A stretch of 64,000 bases of DNA. Source: the human T2T-CHM13v2.0 reference genome, Homo sapiens. Position numbers and translations under genes: made by a program. The notes beneath the pieces are model-generated. The model ran no database searches and was not told where the DNA came from. It was given only the letters and a program-made list of their open reading frames with translations. The stretch lies in assembly GCF_009914755.1 (NCBI RefSeq), contig NC_060928.1. The stretch is one strand, 5' to 3'. Shown here in pieces: positions 41,601-56,043 of the stretch. The number at the start of each line of letters is the position of its first letter. The stretch's first letter is position 1.

Positions 41601-44600
41601 ATTTGTGATGTGTGTCCTCAACTAACAGAGTTGAACCTTTGTTTTGATACAGCATTTTGGAAACACTCCTTTTGTAGAATCTGCAGGTGGATATTTGGAT
41701 AACTTTGAAGATTTCGTTGGAAACCGGAATATCTTCATATAAAATCAAGACAGAAGCATTCTCGGAAACATCTCTGTGATGTTTGCATTCAACTCAGTAG
41801 AGTTGAACACTTCCTTTCATAGAGCAGGTTTGAAACACTCTTTCTGCACTACCTGGAAGCGGACATTTCGAGCGCTTTGAGGCCTATGGTGAAAAAGGAA
41901 ATATCTTCTCATAAAAACCAGAAAGAAGCATTCTCAGAAACTTCTTTGTGTTGTGTGTACTCAAGTAACAGTGTTGAACCTTCCTTTTGACACAGCAGTT
42001 TTGAAACACTCTTTTGGTAGAATCTGCAAGTGGATATTTGGATAGCTTTGAGGATTTCGTTGGAAACGGGTTATCTTCATATAAAATCCAGACAGGAGCA
42101 TTCTCAGAAACTTCTTTGTGCTGCATGTCCTCAATTCACAGAGCTGAACCTTTGTTTGGATACAGCATTTTGGAAACATTCCTTTAGTAGAATCTGCAAG
42201 TTGATATTTAGATAGCTTTGAAGATTTCGTTGGAAACGGGAATATCTTCATAGAAAATCTAGACGGAAGCATTCTCAGAAACTGCTTTGTGATGTTTGCA
42301 TTCAAGTCACAGAGTTGAATATTCCCTTTTATAGAGTAGGTTTGAAACACTCTTTCGGCACTACCTGGAAGTGGATATTTCGAGCTCTTTGAGGCCTATG
42401 GTTAAAAGGAAATATCTTCCCATAAAAACTAGACAGAAGCCGTCTCAGAAACTTGTTTGTGATGTGTGTATTCAACTACCAGAGTTGAACATTTCTGTTA
42501 CAGAGCAATTTTAAAACACTCTTTTTGTGGAATCTGAAAGTGGATAATTGGATAGCTTTGTGGATTTCGTTGGAAACGGGATGACGTATAAAATCTAGAG
42601 AGAAGCATTCTCAGGAACTTCTTTCTGATGTTTGCATTCAAGTCACAGAATTGAACATTCCTTTTCATAGTGCAGGTTTGAAACACTCTTTCTGTAGTAT
42701 CTGGAAGTGGACATTTCAAGCGCTTTCAGGCCTACGGGGAGAAAGGAAATATCTTCAAATAAAAACTAGACAGAAGGATTCTCAGAAACTTATTTGTGAT
42801 GTGTGTCCTAAACGAACACAGTTGAACCTTTGTTTTGATACAGCATTTTGGAAACACTCCTTTTGTAGGATCTGCAGGTGGATATTTGGATAGATTTTAA
42901 GATTTCGTTGGAAACGGGAGTTTCTTCATAGAAACTCAAGACAGATGCATTCTCAGAAACATCTCTGTGATGTTTGCATTCCACTCATAGAGTTGAAAAC
43001 TTCCTTTCATAGAGCAGGTTTGAAACACTCTTTTTGTAATATTTGGAAGTGGACATTTGCAGCGCTTTGAGGCCTATGGTGAAAAAGGAAACATCTTCTC
43101 ATAAAAACCAGAAACAAGCATTCTCAGAAACTTCTTTTTGATGTGTGTACTCAAGTAACAGAGTTGAACCTTCCTTTTGACACAGCAGTTTTGAAACAAT
43201 CTTTTTGTAGAATCTGCAAGTGGATATTTGGATAGCTTTGAGGATTTCGTTGGAAACGGGCTATCTTCATATAAAATCTAGACAGAAGCATTCTCAGAAA
43301 CTTCTTTGTGCTGTATGTCCTCAATTAACAGAGTTGAACCATTGCTTGGATACAGCATTTTGGAAACATTCCTTGAGTAGAATCTGCAAGTTGATATTTA
43401 GATAGATTTGAAGATTTCGTTGGAAAAGGGAATATCTCCATATAAAATCTAGAGGGAAGCATTCTCAGAAACTGCTTTGTGATGTTTCCATTCAAGTCAC
43501 AGAGTTGAATATTCCCTTTTATAGAGCACGTTTGAAACACTCTTTCTGCACTATCTGGAAGTGGACATTTCGAGCGCTTTGAGGCCTATGGTGAAAAAGG
43601 AAATATCTTCCCATAAAAACTAGACAGAAGCATTCTCAGAAACTTGTTTGTGATGTGTGTATTCAACTAACAGAGTTGAACTTTTGTTTTTACAGAGCCG
43701 TTTTAAAACACTCTTTTTGTGGAATCAGAAAGTGGATATTCGGATGGCTCTGAGGATTTCGTTGGAAGCGGGATTACATATAAAATCTAGAGAGAAGCAT
43801 TCTCAGGAACTTCTTTGTGATGTTTGCATTGAAGTCACAGAATTGAACATTCACTTTGATAGAGCAGGTTTGAAACACTCATTCTGTAGTATCTGGAAGT
43901 GGACATTTCAAGCGCTTTCAGGCCTATGGTGAGAAAGGAAATATCTTCGAATAAAAACTAGACAGAAGCATCCTCAGAAACTTATTTGTGATGTGTGTCC
44001 TCAACTAACAGAGTTGAAACTTTGTTTTGATACAGCATTTTGGAAACACTCTTTTTGTAGAATCTGCAGGTGGATATTTGGATAGCTTAGAGGGATTCGT
44101 TGGAAAGGGGATATCTTCATATAAAATCTAGACAGAAGCATTCTCAGAAACTTATTTGTGATGTGTGTCCTCAACTAACAGAGTTGAACCTTGGTTTTGA
44201 TACAGCATTTTGGAAACACTCCTTTTGTAGAATCTGCAGGTGGATATGTGGATAGCTCTGAAGATTTCGTTGGAAACGGGAATTTCTTCATATAAAATCA
44301 AACAGAAGCATTCTCAGAAACTTCTCAGTGATGTTTGCATTCAGCTCATGGAGTTGAACACTTCCTTTCATAGAGCCGGTTTGAAACACTCTTTCTGCAC
44401 TACCTGGAAGAGGACATTTCGAGCGCTTTGAGTCCTATGGTGAAAAGGGAAATATCTTCTCATAAAAACCAGAAAGAAGCATTCTCAGAAACTTCTTTGT
44501 GTTGTGTGTACTCATGTAACAGTGTTGAACCATCCTTTTGACAGAGCAGTTTTGAAACACTCTTTTTGTAGAATCTGCAAGTGGATATTTGGATAGCTTT

Positions 44601-45330
44601 GAGGATTTCGTTGGAAACGGGATGACATATAATCTCTAGAGAGAAGCATTCTCAGGAACTTCTTTGTGATGTTTGCATTCAAGTCACAGAATTGAACATT
44701 CCCTTTCATAGAGCAGGTTTGAAACACTCTTTCTCTAGTATCTGGAAGTGGGCATTTCAAGCGCTTTCAGGCCTATGGAGAGAAAGGAAATACCTTCAAA
44801 TAAAAACTAGACAGAAGCATTCTCAGAAACTTATTTGTGATGTGTGTCCTCAACTAACAGAGTTGAACCTTTGTTTTGATACAGCATTTTGGAAACACTC
44901 CTTTTGTAGAATCTGCAGGTGGATATTTGGATAACTTTGAAGATTTCGTTGGAAACCGGAATATCTTCATATAAAATCAAGACAGAAGCATTCTCGGAAA
45001 CATCTCTGTGATGTTTGCATTCAACTCAGTAGAGTTGAACACTTCCTTTCATAGAGCAGGTTTGAAACACTCTTTCTGCACTACCTGGAAGCGGACATTT
45101 CGAGCGCTTTGAGGCCTATGGTGAAAAAGGAAATATCTTCTCATAAAAACCAGAAAGAAGCATTCTCAGAAACTTCTTTGTGTTGTGTGTACTCAAGTAA
45201 CAGTGTTGAACCTTCCTTTTGACACAGCAGTTTTGAAACACTCTTTTGGTAGAATCTGCAAGTGGATATTTGGATAGCTTTGAGGATTTCGTTGGAAACG
45301 GGTTATCTTCATATAAAATCCAGACAGGAG
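35635..45330 (+). repeat. U11-U13: three canonical 19-mer HORs (starts 35635, 38867, 42099)
   Basis: Exact 3232-bp spacing. Confidence 0.95.
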
Positions 45331-48300
45331 CATTCTCAGAAACTTCTTTGTGCTGCATGTCCTCAATTCACAGAGCTGAACCTTTGTTTGGATACAGCAT
45401 TTTGGAAACATTCCTTTAGTAGAATCTGCAAGTTGATATTTAGATAGCTTTGAAGATTTCGTTGGAAACGGGAATATCTTCATAGAAAATCTAGACGGAA
45501 GCATTCTCAGAAACTGCTTTGTGATGTTTGCATTCAAGTCACAGAGTTGAATATTCCCTTTTATAGAGTAGGTTTGAAACACTCTTTCGGCACTACCTGG
45601 AAGTGGATATTTCGAGCTCTTTGAGGCCTATGGTTAAAAGGAAATATCTTCCCATAAAAACTAGACAGAAGCCGTCTCAGAAACTTGTTTGTGATGTGTG
45701 TATTCAACTAACAGAGTTGAACATTTCTGTTACAGAGCAATTTTAAAACACTCTTTTTGTGGAATCTGAAAGTGGATAATTGGATAGCTTTGTGGATTTC
45801 GTTGGAAACGGGATGACGTATAAAATCTAGAGAGAAGCATTCTCAGGAACTTCTTTGTGATGTTTGCATTCAAGTCACAGAATTGAACATTCCTTTTCAT
45901 AGTGCAGGTTTGAAACACTCTTTCTGTAGTATCTGGAAGTGGACATTTCAAGCGCTTTCAGGCCTACGGGGAGAAAGGAAATATCTTCAAATAAAAACTA
46001 GACAGAAGGATTCTCAGAAACTTATTTGTGATGTGTGTCCTAAACGAACACAGTTGAACCTTTGTTTAGATACAGCATTTTGGAAACACTCCTTTTGTAG
46101 GATCTGCAGGTGGATATTTGGATAGATTTTAAGATTTCGTTGGAAACGGGAGTTTCTTCATAGAAACTCAAGACAGATGCATTCTCAGAAACATCTCTGT
46201 GATGTTTGCATTCCACTCATAGAGTTGAAAACTTCCTTTCATAGAGCAGGTTTGAAACACTCTTTTTGTAATATTTGGAAGTGGACATTTGCAGCGCTTT
46301 GAGGCCTATGGTGAAAAAGGAAATATCTTCTCATAAAAACCAGAAACAAGCATTCTCAGAAACTTCTTTTTGATGTGTGTACTCAAGTAACAGAGTTGAA
46401 CCTTCCTTTTGACACAGCAGTTTTGAAACAATCTTTTTGTAGAATCTGCAAGTGGATATTTGGATAGCTTTGAGGATTTCGTTGGAAACGGGATATCTTC
46501 ATATAAAATCTAGACAGAAGCATTCTCAGAAACTTCTTTGTGCTGTATGTCCTCAATTAACAGAGTTGAACCATTGCTTGGATACAGCATTTTGGAAACA
46601 TTCCTTTAGTAGAATCTGCAAGTTGATATTTAGATAGATTTGAAGATTTCGTTGGAAAAGGGAATATCTCCATATAAAATCTAGACGGAAGCATTCTCAG
46701 AAACTGCTTTGTGATGTTTCCATTCAAGTCACAGAGTTGAATATTCCCTTTTATAGAGCACGTTTGAAACACTCTTTCTGCACTATCTGGAAGTGGACAT
46801 TTCGAGCGCTTTGAGGCCTATGGTGAAAAAGGAAATATCTTCCCATAAAAATTAGACAGAAGCATTCTCAGAAACTTGTTTGTGATGTGTGTATTCAACT
46901 AACAGAGTTGAACTTTTGTTTTTACAGAGCCGTTTTAAAACACTCTTTTTGTGGAATCAGAAAGTGGATATTCGGATGGCTCTGAGGATTTCGTTGGAAG
47001 CGGGATTACATATAAAATCTAGAGAGAAGCATTCTCAGGAACTTCTTTGTGATGTTTGCATTGAAGTCACAGAATTGAACATTCACTTTGATAGAGCAGG
47101 TTTGAAACACTCATTCTGTAGTATCTGGAAGTGGACATTTCAAGCGCTTTCAGGCCTATGGTGAGAAAGGAAATATCTTCGAATAAAAACTAGACAGAAG
47201 CATCCTCAGAAACTTATTTGTGATGTGTGTCCTCAACCAACAGAGTTGAAACTTTGTTTTGATACAGCATTTTGGAAACACTCCTTTTGTAGAATCTGCA
47301 GGTGGATATGTGGATAGCTCTGAAGATTTCGTTGGAAACGGGAATTTCTTCATATAAAATCAAACAGAAGCATTCTCAGAAACTTCTCAGTGATGTTTGC
47401 ATTCAGCTCATGGAGTTGAACACTTCCTTTCATAGAGCCGGTTTGAAACACTCTTTCTGCACTACCTGGAAGAGGCCATTTCGAGCGCTTTGAGTCCTAT
47501 GGTGAAAAAGGAAATATCTTCTCATAAAAACCAGAAAGAAGCATTCTCAGAAACTTCTTTGTGTTGTGTGTACTCATGTAACAGTGTTGAACCATCCTTT
47601 TGACAGAGCAGTTTTGAAACACTCTTTTTGTAGAATCTGCAAGTGGATATTTGGATAGCTTTGAGGATTTCGTTGGAAACGGGATGACATATAATATCTA
47701 GAGAGAAGCATTCTCAGGAACTTCTTTGTGCTGTTTGCATTCAAGTCACAGAATTGAACATTCCCTTTCATAGAGCAGATTTGAAACACTCTTTCTCTAG
47801 TATCTGGAAGTGGGCATTTCAAGCGCTTTCAGGCCTATTGAGAGAAAGGAAATACCTTCAAATAAAAACTAGACAGAAGCATTCTCAGAAACTTGTTTGT
47901 GATGTGTGTATTCAACTAACAGAGTTGAACTTTTGTTTTTACAGAGCCGTTTTAAAACACTCTTTTTGTGGAATCCGAAAGTGGATATTCGGATGGCTCT
48001 GAGGATTTCGTTGGAAGCGGGATTACATATAAAATCTAGAGAGAAGCATTCTCAGGGACTTCTTTGTGATGTTTGCATTGAAGTCACAGAATTGAACATT
48101 CACTTTGATAGAGCAGGTTTGAAACACTCATTCTGTAGTATCTGGAAGTGGACATTTCAAGCGCTTTCAGGCCTATGGTGAGAAAGGAAATATCTTCGAA
48201 TAAAAACTAGACAGAAGCATCCTCAGAAACTTATTTGTGATGTGTGTCCTCAACTAACAGAGTTGAAACTTTGTTTTGATACAGCATTTTGGAAACACTC

Positions 48301-49579
48301 TTTTTGTAGAATCTGCAGGTGGATATTTGGATAGCTTAGAGGGATTCGTTGGAAAGGGGATATCTTCATATAAAATCTAGACAGAAGCATTCTCAGAAAC
48401 TTATTTGTGATGTGTGTCCTCAACTAACAGAGTTGAACCTTGGTTTTGATACAGCATTTTGGAAACGCTCCTTTTGTAGAATCTGCAGGTGGATATGTGG
48501 ATAGCTCTGAAGATTTCGTTGGAAACGGGAATTTCTTCATATAAAATGAAACAGAAGCATTCTCAGAAACTTCTCAGTGATGTTTGCATTCAGCTCATGG
48601 AGTTGAACACTTCCTTTCATAGAGCCGGTTTGAAACACTCTTTCTGCACTACCTGGAAGAGGCCATTTCGAGCGCTTTGAGTCCTATGGTGAAAAAGGAA
48701 ATATCTTCTCATAAAAACCAGAAAGAAGCATTCTCAGAAACTTCTTTGTGTTGTGTGTACTCATGTAACAGTGTTGAACCATCCTTTTGACAGAGCAGTT
48801 TTGAAACACTCTTTTTGTAGAATCTGCAAGTGGATATTTGGATAGCTTTGAGGATTTCGTTGGAAACGGGATGACATATAATATCTAGAGAGAAGCATAC
48901 TCAGGAACTTCTTTGTGATGTTTGCATTCAAGTCACAGAATTGAACATTCCCTTTCATAGAGCAGGTTTGAAACACTCTTTCTCTAGTATCTGGAAGTGG
49001 GCATTTCAAGCGCTTTCAGGCCTATGGAGAGAAAGGAAATACCTTCAAATAAAAACTAGACAGAAGCATTCTCAGAAACTTATTTGTGATGTGTGTCCTC
49101 AACTAACAGAGTTGAACCTTTGTTTTGATACAGCATTTTGGAAACACTCCTTTTGTAGAATCTGCAGGTGGATATTTGGATAACTTTGAAGATTTCGTTG
49201 GAAACCGGAATATCTTCATATAAAATCAAGACAGAAGCATTCTCGGAAACATCTCTGTGATGTTTGCATTCAACTCAGTAGAGTTGAACACTTCCTTTCA
49301 TAGAGCAGGTTTGAAACACTCTTTCTGCACTACCTGGAAGCGGACATTTCGAGCGCTTTGAGGCCTATGGTGAAAAAGGAAATATCTTCTCATAAAAACC
49401 AGAAAGAAGCATTCTCAGAAACTTCTTTGTGTTGTGTGTACTCAAGTAACAGTGTTGAACCTTCCTTTTGACACAGCAGTTTTGAAACACTCTTTTGGTA
49501 GAATCTGCAAGTGGATATTTGGATAGCTTTGAGGATTTCGTTGGAAACGGGTTATCTTCATATAAAATCCAGACAGGAG
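45331..49579 (+). repeat. U14: 25-mer HOR variant (extra 6-mer copy 3 at 46863-47879)
   Basis: Spacing 45262 to 49511 = 4249; j ORF at 46889 and 47906. Confidence 0.94.
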
Positions 49580-52500
49580 CATTCTCAGAAACTTCTTTGT
49601 GCTGCATGTCCTCAATTCACAGAGCTGAACCTTTGTTTGGATACAGCATTTTGGAAACATTCCTTTAGTAGAATCTGCAAGTTGATATTTAGATAGCTTT
49701 GAAGATTTCGTTGGAAACGGGAATATCTTCATAGAAAATCTAGACGGAAGCATTCTCAGAAACTGCTTTGTGATGTTTGCATTCAAGTCACAGAGTTGAA
49801 TATTCCCTTTTATAGAGTAGGTTTGAAACACTCTTTCGGCACTACCTGGAAGTGGATATTTCGAGCTCTTTGAGGCCTATGGTTAAAAGGAAATATCTTC
49901 CCATAAAAACTAGACAGAAGCCGTCTCAGAAACTTGTTTGTGATGTGTGTATTCAACTACCAGAGTTGAACATTTCTGTTACAGAGCAATTTTAAAACAC
50001 TCTTTTTGTGGAATCTGAAAGTGGATAATTGGATAGCTTTGTGGATTTCGTTGGAAACGGGATGACGTATAAAATCTAGAGAGAAGCATTCTCAGGAACT
50101 TCTTTCTGATGTTTGCATTCAAGTCACAGAATTGAACATTCCTTTTCATAGTGCAGGTTTGAAACACTCTTTCTGTAGTATCTGGAAGTGGACATTTCAA
50201 GCGCTTTCAGGCCTACGGGGAGAAAGGAAATATCTTCAAATAAAAACTAGACAGAAGGATTCTCAGAAACTTATTTGTGATGTGTGTCCTAAACGAACAC
50301 AGTTGAACCTTTGTTTTGATACAGCATTTTGGAAACACTCCTTTTGTAGGATCTGCAGGTGGATATTTGGATAGATTTTAAGATTTCGTTGGAAACGGGA
50401 GTTTCTTCATAGAAACTCAAGACAGATGCATTCTCAGAAACATCTCTGTGATGTTTGCATTCCACTCATAGAGTTGAAAACTTCCTTTCATAGAGCAGGT
50501 TTGAAACACTCTTTTTGTAATATTTGGAAGTGGACATTTGCAGCGCTTTGAGGCCTATGGTGAAAAAGGAAATATCTTCTCATAAAAACCAGAAACAAGC
50601 ATTCTCAGAAACTTCTTTTTGATGTGTGTACTCAAGTAACAGAGTTGAACCTTCCTTTTGACACAGCAGTTTTGAAACAATCTTTTTGTAGAATCTGCAA
50701 GTGGATATTTGGATAGCTTTGAGGATTTCGTTGGAAACGGGCTATCTTCATATAAAATCTAGACAGAAGCATTCTCAGAAACTTCTTTGTGCTGTATGTC
50801 CTCAATTAACAGAGTTGAACCATTGCTTGGATACAGCATTTTGGAAACATTCCTTGAGTAGAATCTGCAAGTTGATATTTAGATAGATTTGAAGATTTCG
50901 TTGGAAAAGGGAATATCTCCATATAAAATCTAGAGGGAAGCATTCTCAGAAACTGCTTTGTGATGTTTCCATTCAAGTCACAGAGTTGAATATTCCCTTT
51001 TATAGAGCACGTTTGAAACACTCTTTCTGCACTATCTGGAAGTGGACATTTCGAGCGCTTTGAGGCCTATGGTGAAAAAGGAAATATCTTCCCATAAAAA
51101 CTAGACAGAAGCATTCTCAGAAACTTGTTTGTGATGTGTGTATTCAACTAACAGAGTTGAACTTTTGTTTTTACAGAGCCGTTTTAAAACACTCTTTTTG
51201 TGGAATCAGAAAGTGGATATTCGGATGGCTCTGAGGATTTCGTTGGAAGCGGGATTACATATAAAATCTAGAGAGAAGCATTCTCAGGAACTTCTTTGTG
51301 ATGTTTGCATTGAAGTCACAGAATTGAACATTCACTTTGATAGAGCAGGTTTGAAACACTCATTCTGTAGTATCTGGAAGTGGACATTTCAAGCGCTTTC
51401 AGGCCTATGGTGAGAAAGGAAATATCTTCGAATAAAAACTAGACAGAAGCATCCTCAGAAACTTATTTGTGATGTGTGTCCTCAACTAACAGAGTTGAAA
51501 CTTTGTTTTGATACAGCATTTTGGAAACACTCTTTTTGTAGAATCTGCAGGTGGATATTTGGATAGCTTAGAGGGATTCGTTGGAAAGGGGATATCTTCA
51601 TATAAAATCTAGACAGAAGCATTCTCAGAAACTTATTTGTGATGTGTGTCCTCAACTAACAGAGTTGAACCTTGGTTTTGATACAGCATTTTGGAAACAC
51701 TCCTTTTGTAGAATCTGCAGGTGGATATGTGGATAGCTCTGAAGATTTCGTTGGAAACGGGAATTTCTTCATATAAAATCAAACAGAAGCATTCTCAGAA
51801 ACTTCTCAGTGATGTTTGCATTCAGCTCATGGAGTTGAACACTTCCTTTCATAGAGCCGGTTTGAAACACTCTTTCTGCACTACCTGGAAGAGGACATTT
51901 CGAGCGCTTTGAGTCCTATGGTGAAAAGGGAAATATCTTCTCATAAAAACCAGAAAGAAGCATTCTCAGAAACTTCTTTGTGTTGTGTGTACTCATGTAA
52001 CAGTGTTGAACCATCCTTTTGACAGAGCAGTTTTGAAACACTCTTTTTGTAGAATCTGCAAGTGGATATTTGGATAGCTTTGAGGATTTCGTTGGAAACG
52101 GGATGACATATAATCTCTAGAGAGAAGCATTCTCAGGAACTTCTTTGTGATGTTTGCATTCAAGTCACAGAATTGAACATTCCCTTTCATAGAGCAGGTT
52201 TGAAACACTCTTTCTCTAGTATCTGGAAGTGGGCATTTCAAGCGCTTTCAGGCCTATGGAGAGAAAGGAAATACCTTCAAATAAAAACTAGACAGAAGCA
52301 TTCTCAGAAACTTATTTGTGATGTGTGTCCTCAACTAACAGAGTTGAACCTTTGTTTTGATACAGCATTTTGGAAACACTCCTTTTGTAGAATCTGCAGG
52401 TGGATATTTGGATAACTTTGAAGATTTCGTTGGAAACCGGAATATCTTCATATAAAATCAAGACAGAAGCATTCTCGGAAACATCTCTGTGATGTTTGCA

Positions 52501-55500
52501 TTCAACTCAGTAGAGTTGAACACTTCCTTTCATAGAGCAGGTTTGAAACACTCTTTCTGCACTACCTGGAAGCGGACATTTCGAGCGCTTTGAGGCCTAT
52601 GGTGAAAAAGGAAATATCTTCTCATAAAAACCAGAAAGAAGCATTCTCAGAAACTTCTTTGTGTTGTGTGTACTCAAGTAACAGTGTTGAACCTTCCTTT
52701 TGACACAGCAGTTTTGAAACACTCTTTTGGTAGAATCTGCAAGTGGATATTTGGATAGCTTTGAGGATTTCGTTGGAAACGGGTTATCTTCATATAAAAT
52801 CCAGACAGGAGCATTCTCAGAAACTTCTTTGTGCTGCATGTCCTCAATTCACAGAGCTGAACCTTTGTTTGGATACAGCATTTTGGAAACATTCCTTTAG
52901 TAGAATCTGCAAGTTGATATTTAGATAGCTTTGAAGATTTCGTTGGAAACGGGAATATCTTCATAGAAAATCTAGACGGAAGCATTCTCAGAAACTGCTT
53001 TGTGATGTTTGCATTCAAGTCACAGAGTTGAATATTCCCTTTTATAGAGTAGGTTTGAAACACTCTTTCGGCACTACCTGGAAGTGGATATTTCGAGCTC
53101 TTTGAGGCCTATGGTTAAAAGGAAATATCTTCCCATAAAAACTAGACAGAAGCCGTCTCAGAAACTTGTTTGTGATGTGTGTATTCAACTACCAGAGTTG
53201 AACATTTCTGTTACAGAGCAATTTTAAAACACTCTTTTTGTGGAATCTGAAAGTGGATAATTGGATAGCTTTGTGGATTTCGTTGGAAACGGGATGACGT
53301 ATAAAATCTAGAGAGAAGCATTCTCAGGAACTTCTTTCTGATGTTTGCATTCAAGTCACAGAATTGAACATTCCTTTTCATAGTGCAGGTTTGAAACACT
53401 CTTTCTGTAGTATCTGGAAGTGGACATTTCAAGCGCTTTCAGGCCTACGGGGAGAAAGGAAATATCTTCAAATAAAAACTAGACAGAAGGATTCTCAGAA
53501 ACTTATTTGTGATGTGTGTCCTAAACGAACACAGTTGAACCTTTGTTTTGATACAGCATTTTGGAAACACTCCTTTTGTAGGATCTGCAGGTGGATATTT
53601 GGATAGATTTTAAGATTTCGTTGGAAACGGGAGTTTCTTCATAGAAACTCAAGACAGATGCATTCTCAGAAACATCTCTGTGATGTTTGCATTCCACTCA
53701 TAGAGTTGAAAACTTCCTTTCATAGAGCAGGTTTGAAACACTCTTTTTGTAATATTTGGAAGTGGACATTTGCAGCGCTTTGAGGCCTATGGTGAAAAAG
53801 GAAATATCTTCTCATAAAAACCAGAAACAAGCATTCTCAGAAACTTCTTTTTGATGTGTGTACTCAAGTAACAGAGTTGAACCTTCCTTTTGACACAGCA
53901 GTTTTGAAACAATCTTTTTGTAGAATCTGCAAGTGGATATTTGGATAGCTTTGAGGATTTCGTTGGAAACGGGCTATCTTCATATAAAATCTAGACAGAA
54001 GCATTCTCAGAAACTTCTTTGTGCTGTATGTCCTCAATTAACAGAGTTGAACCATTGCTTGGATACAGCATTTTGGAAACATTCCTTGAGTAGAATCTGC
54101 AAGTTGATATTTAGATAGATTTGAAGATTTCGTTGGAAAAGGGAATATCTCCATATAAAATCTAGAGGGAAGCATTCTCAGAAACTGCTTTGTGATGTTT
54201 CCATTCAAGTCACAGAGTTGAATATTCCCTTTTATAGAGCACGTTTGAAACACTCTTTCTGCACTATCTGGAAGTGGACATTTCGAGCGCTTTGAGGCCT
54301 ATGGTGAAAAAGGAAATATCTTCCCATAAAAACTAGACAGAAGCATTCTCAGAAACTTGTTTGTGATGTGTGTATTCAACTAACAGAGTTGAACTTTTGT
54401 TTTTACAGAGCCGTTTTAAAACACTCTTTTTGTGGAATCAGAAAGTGGATATTCGGATGGCTCTGAGGATTTCGTTGGAAGCGGGATTACATATAAAATC
54501 TAGAGAGAAGCATTCTCAGGAACTTCTTTGTGATGTTTGCATTGAAGTCACAGAATTGAACATTCACTTTGATAGAGCAGGTTTGAAACACTCATTCTGT
54601 AGTATCTGGAAGTGGACATTTCAAGCGCTTTCAGGCCTATGGTGAGAAAGGAAATATCTTCGAATAAAAACTAGACAGAAGCATCCTCAGAAACTTATTT
54701 GTGATGTGTGTCCTCAACTAACAGAGTTGAAACTTTGTTTTGATACAGCATTTTGGAAACACTCTTTTTGTAGAATCTGCAGGTGGATATTTGGATAGCT
54801 TAGAGGGATTCGTTGGAAAGGGGATATCTTCATATAAAATCTAGACAGAAGCATTCTCAGAAACTTATTTGTGATGTGTGTCCTCAACTAACAGAGTTGA
54901 ACCTTGGTTTTGATACAGCATTTTGGAAACACTCCTTTTGTAGAATCTGCAGGTGGATATGTGGATAGCTCTGAAGATTTCGTTGGAAACGGGAATTTCT
55001 TCATATAAAATCAAACAGAAGCATTCTCAGAAACTTCTCAGTGATGTTTGCATTCAGCTCATGGAGTTGAACACTTCCTTTCATAGAGCCGGTTTGAAAC
55101 ACTCTTTCTGCACTACCTGGAAGAGGACATTTCGAGCGCTTTGAGTCCTATGGTGAAAAGGGAAATATCTTCTCATAAAAACCAGAAAGAAGCATTCTCA
55201 GAAACTTCTTTGTGTTGTGTGTACTCATGTAACAGTGTTGAACCATCCTTTTGACAGAGCAGTTTTGAAACACTCTTTTTGTAGAATCTGCAAGTGGATA
55301 TTTGGATAGCTTTGAGGATTTCGTTGGAAACGGGATGACATATAATCTCTAGAGAGAAGCATTCTCAGGAACTTCTTTGTGATGTTTGCATTCAAGTCAC
55401 AGAATTGAACATTCCCTTTCATAGAGCAGGTTTGAAACACTCTTTCTCTAGTATCTGGAAGTGGGCATTTCAAGTGCTTTCAGGCCTATGGAGAGAAAGG

Positions 55501-56043
55501 AAATACCTTCAAATAAAAACTAGACAGAAGCATTCTCAGAAACTTATTTGTGATGTGTGTCCTCAACTAACAGAGTTGAACCTTTGTTTTGATACAGCAT
55601 TTTGGAAACACTCCTTTTGTAGAATCTGCAGGTGGATATTTGGATAACTTTGAAGATTTCGTTGGAAACCGGAATATCTTCATATAAAATCAAGACAGAA
55701 GCATTCTCGGAAACATCTCTGTGATGTTTGCATTCAACTCAGTAGAGTTGAACACTTCCTTTCATAGAGCAGGTTTGAAACACTCTTTCTGCACTACCTG
55801 GAAGCGGACATTTCGAGCGCTTTGAGGCCTATGGTGAAAAAGGAAATATCTTCTCATAAAAACCAGAAAGAAGCATTCTCAGAAACTTCTTTGTGTTGTG
55901 TGTACTCAAGTAACAGTGTTGAACCTTCCTTTTGACACAGCAGTTTTGAAACACTCTTTTGGTAGAATCTGCAAGTGGATATTTGGATAGCTTTGAGGAT
56001 TTCGTTGGAAACGGGTTATCTTCATATAAAATCCAGACAGGAG
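49580..56043 (+). repeat. U15-U16: two canonical 19-mer HORs (starts 49580, 52812)
   Basis: Exact 3232-bp spacing. Confidence 0.95.
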
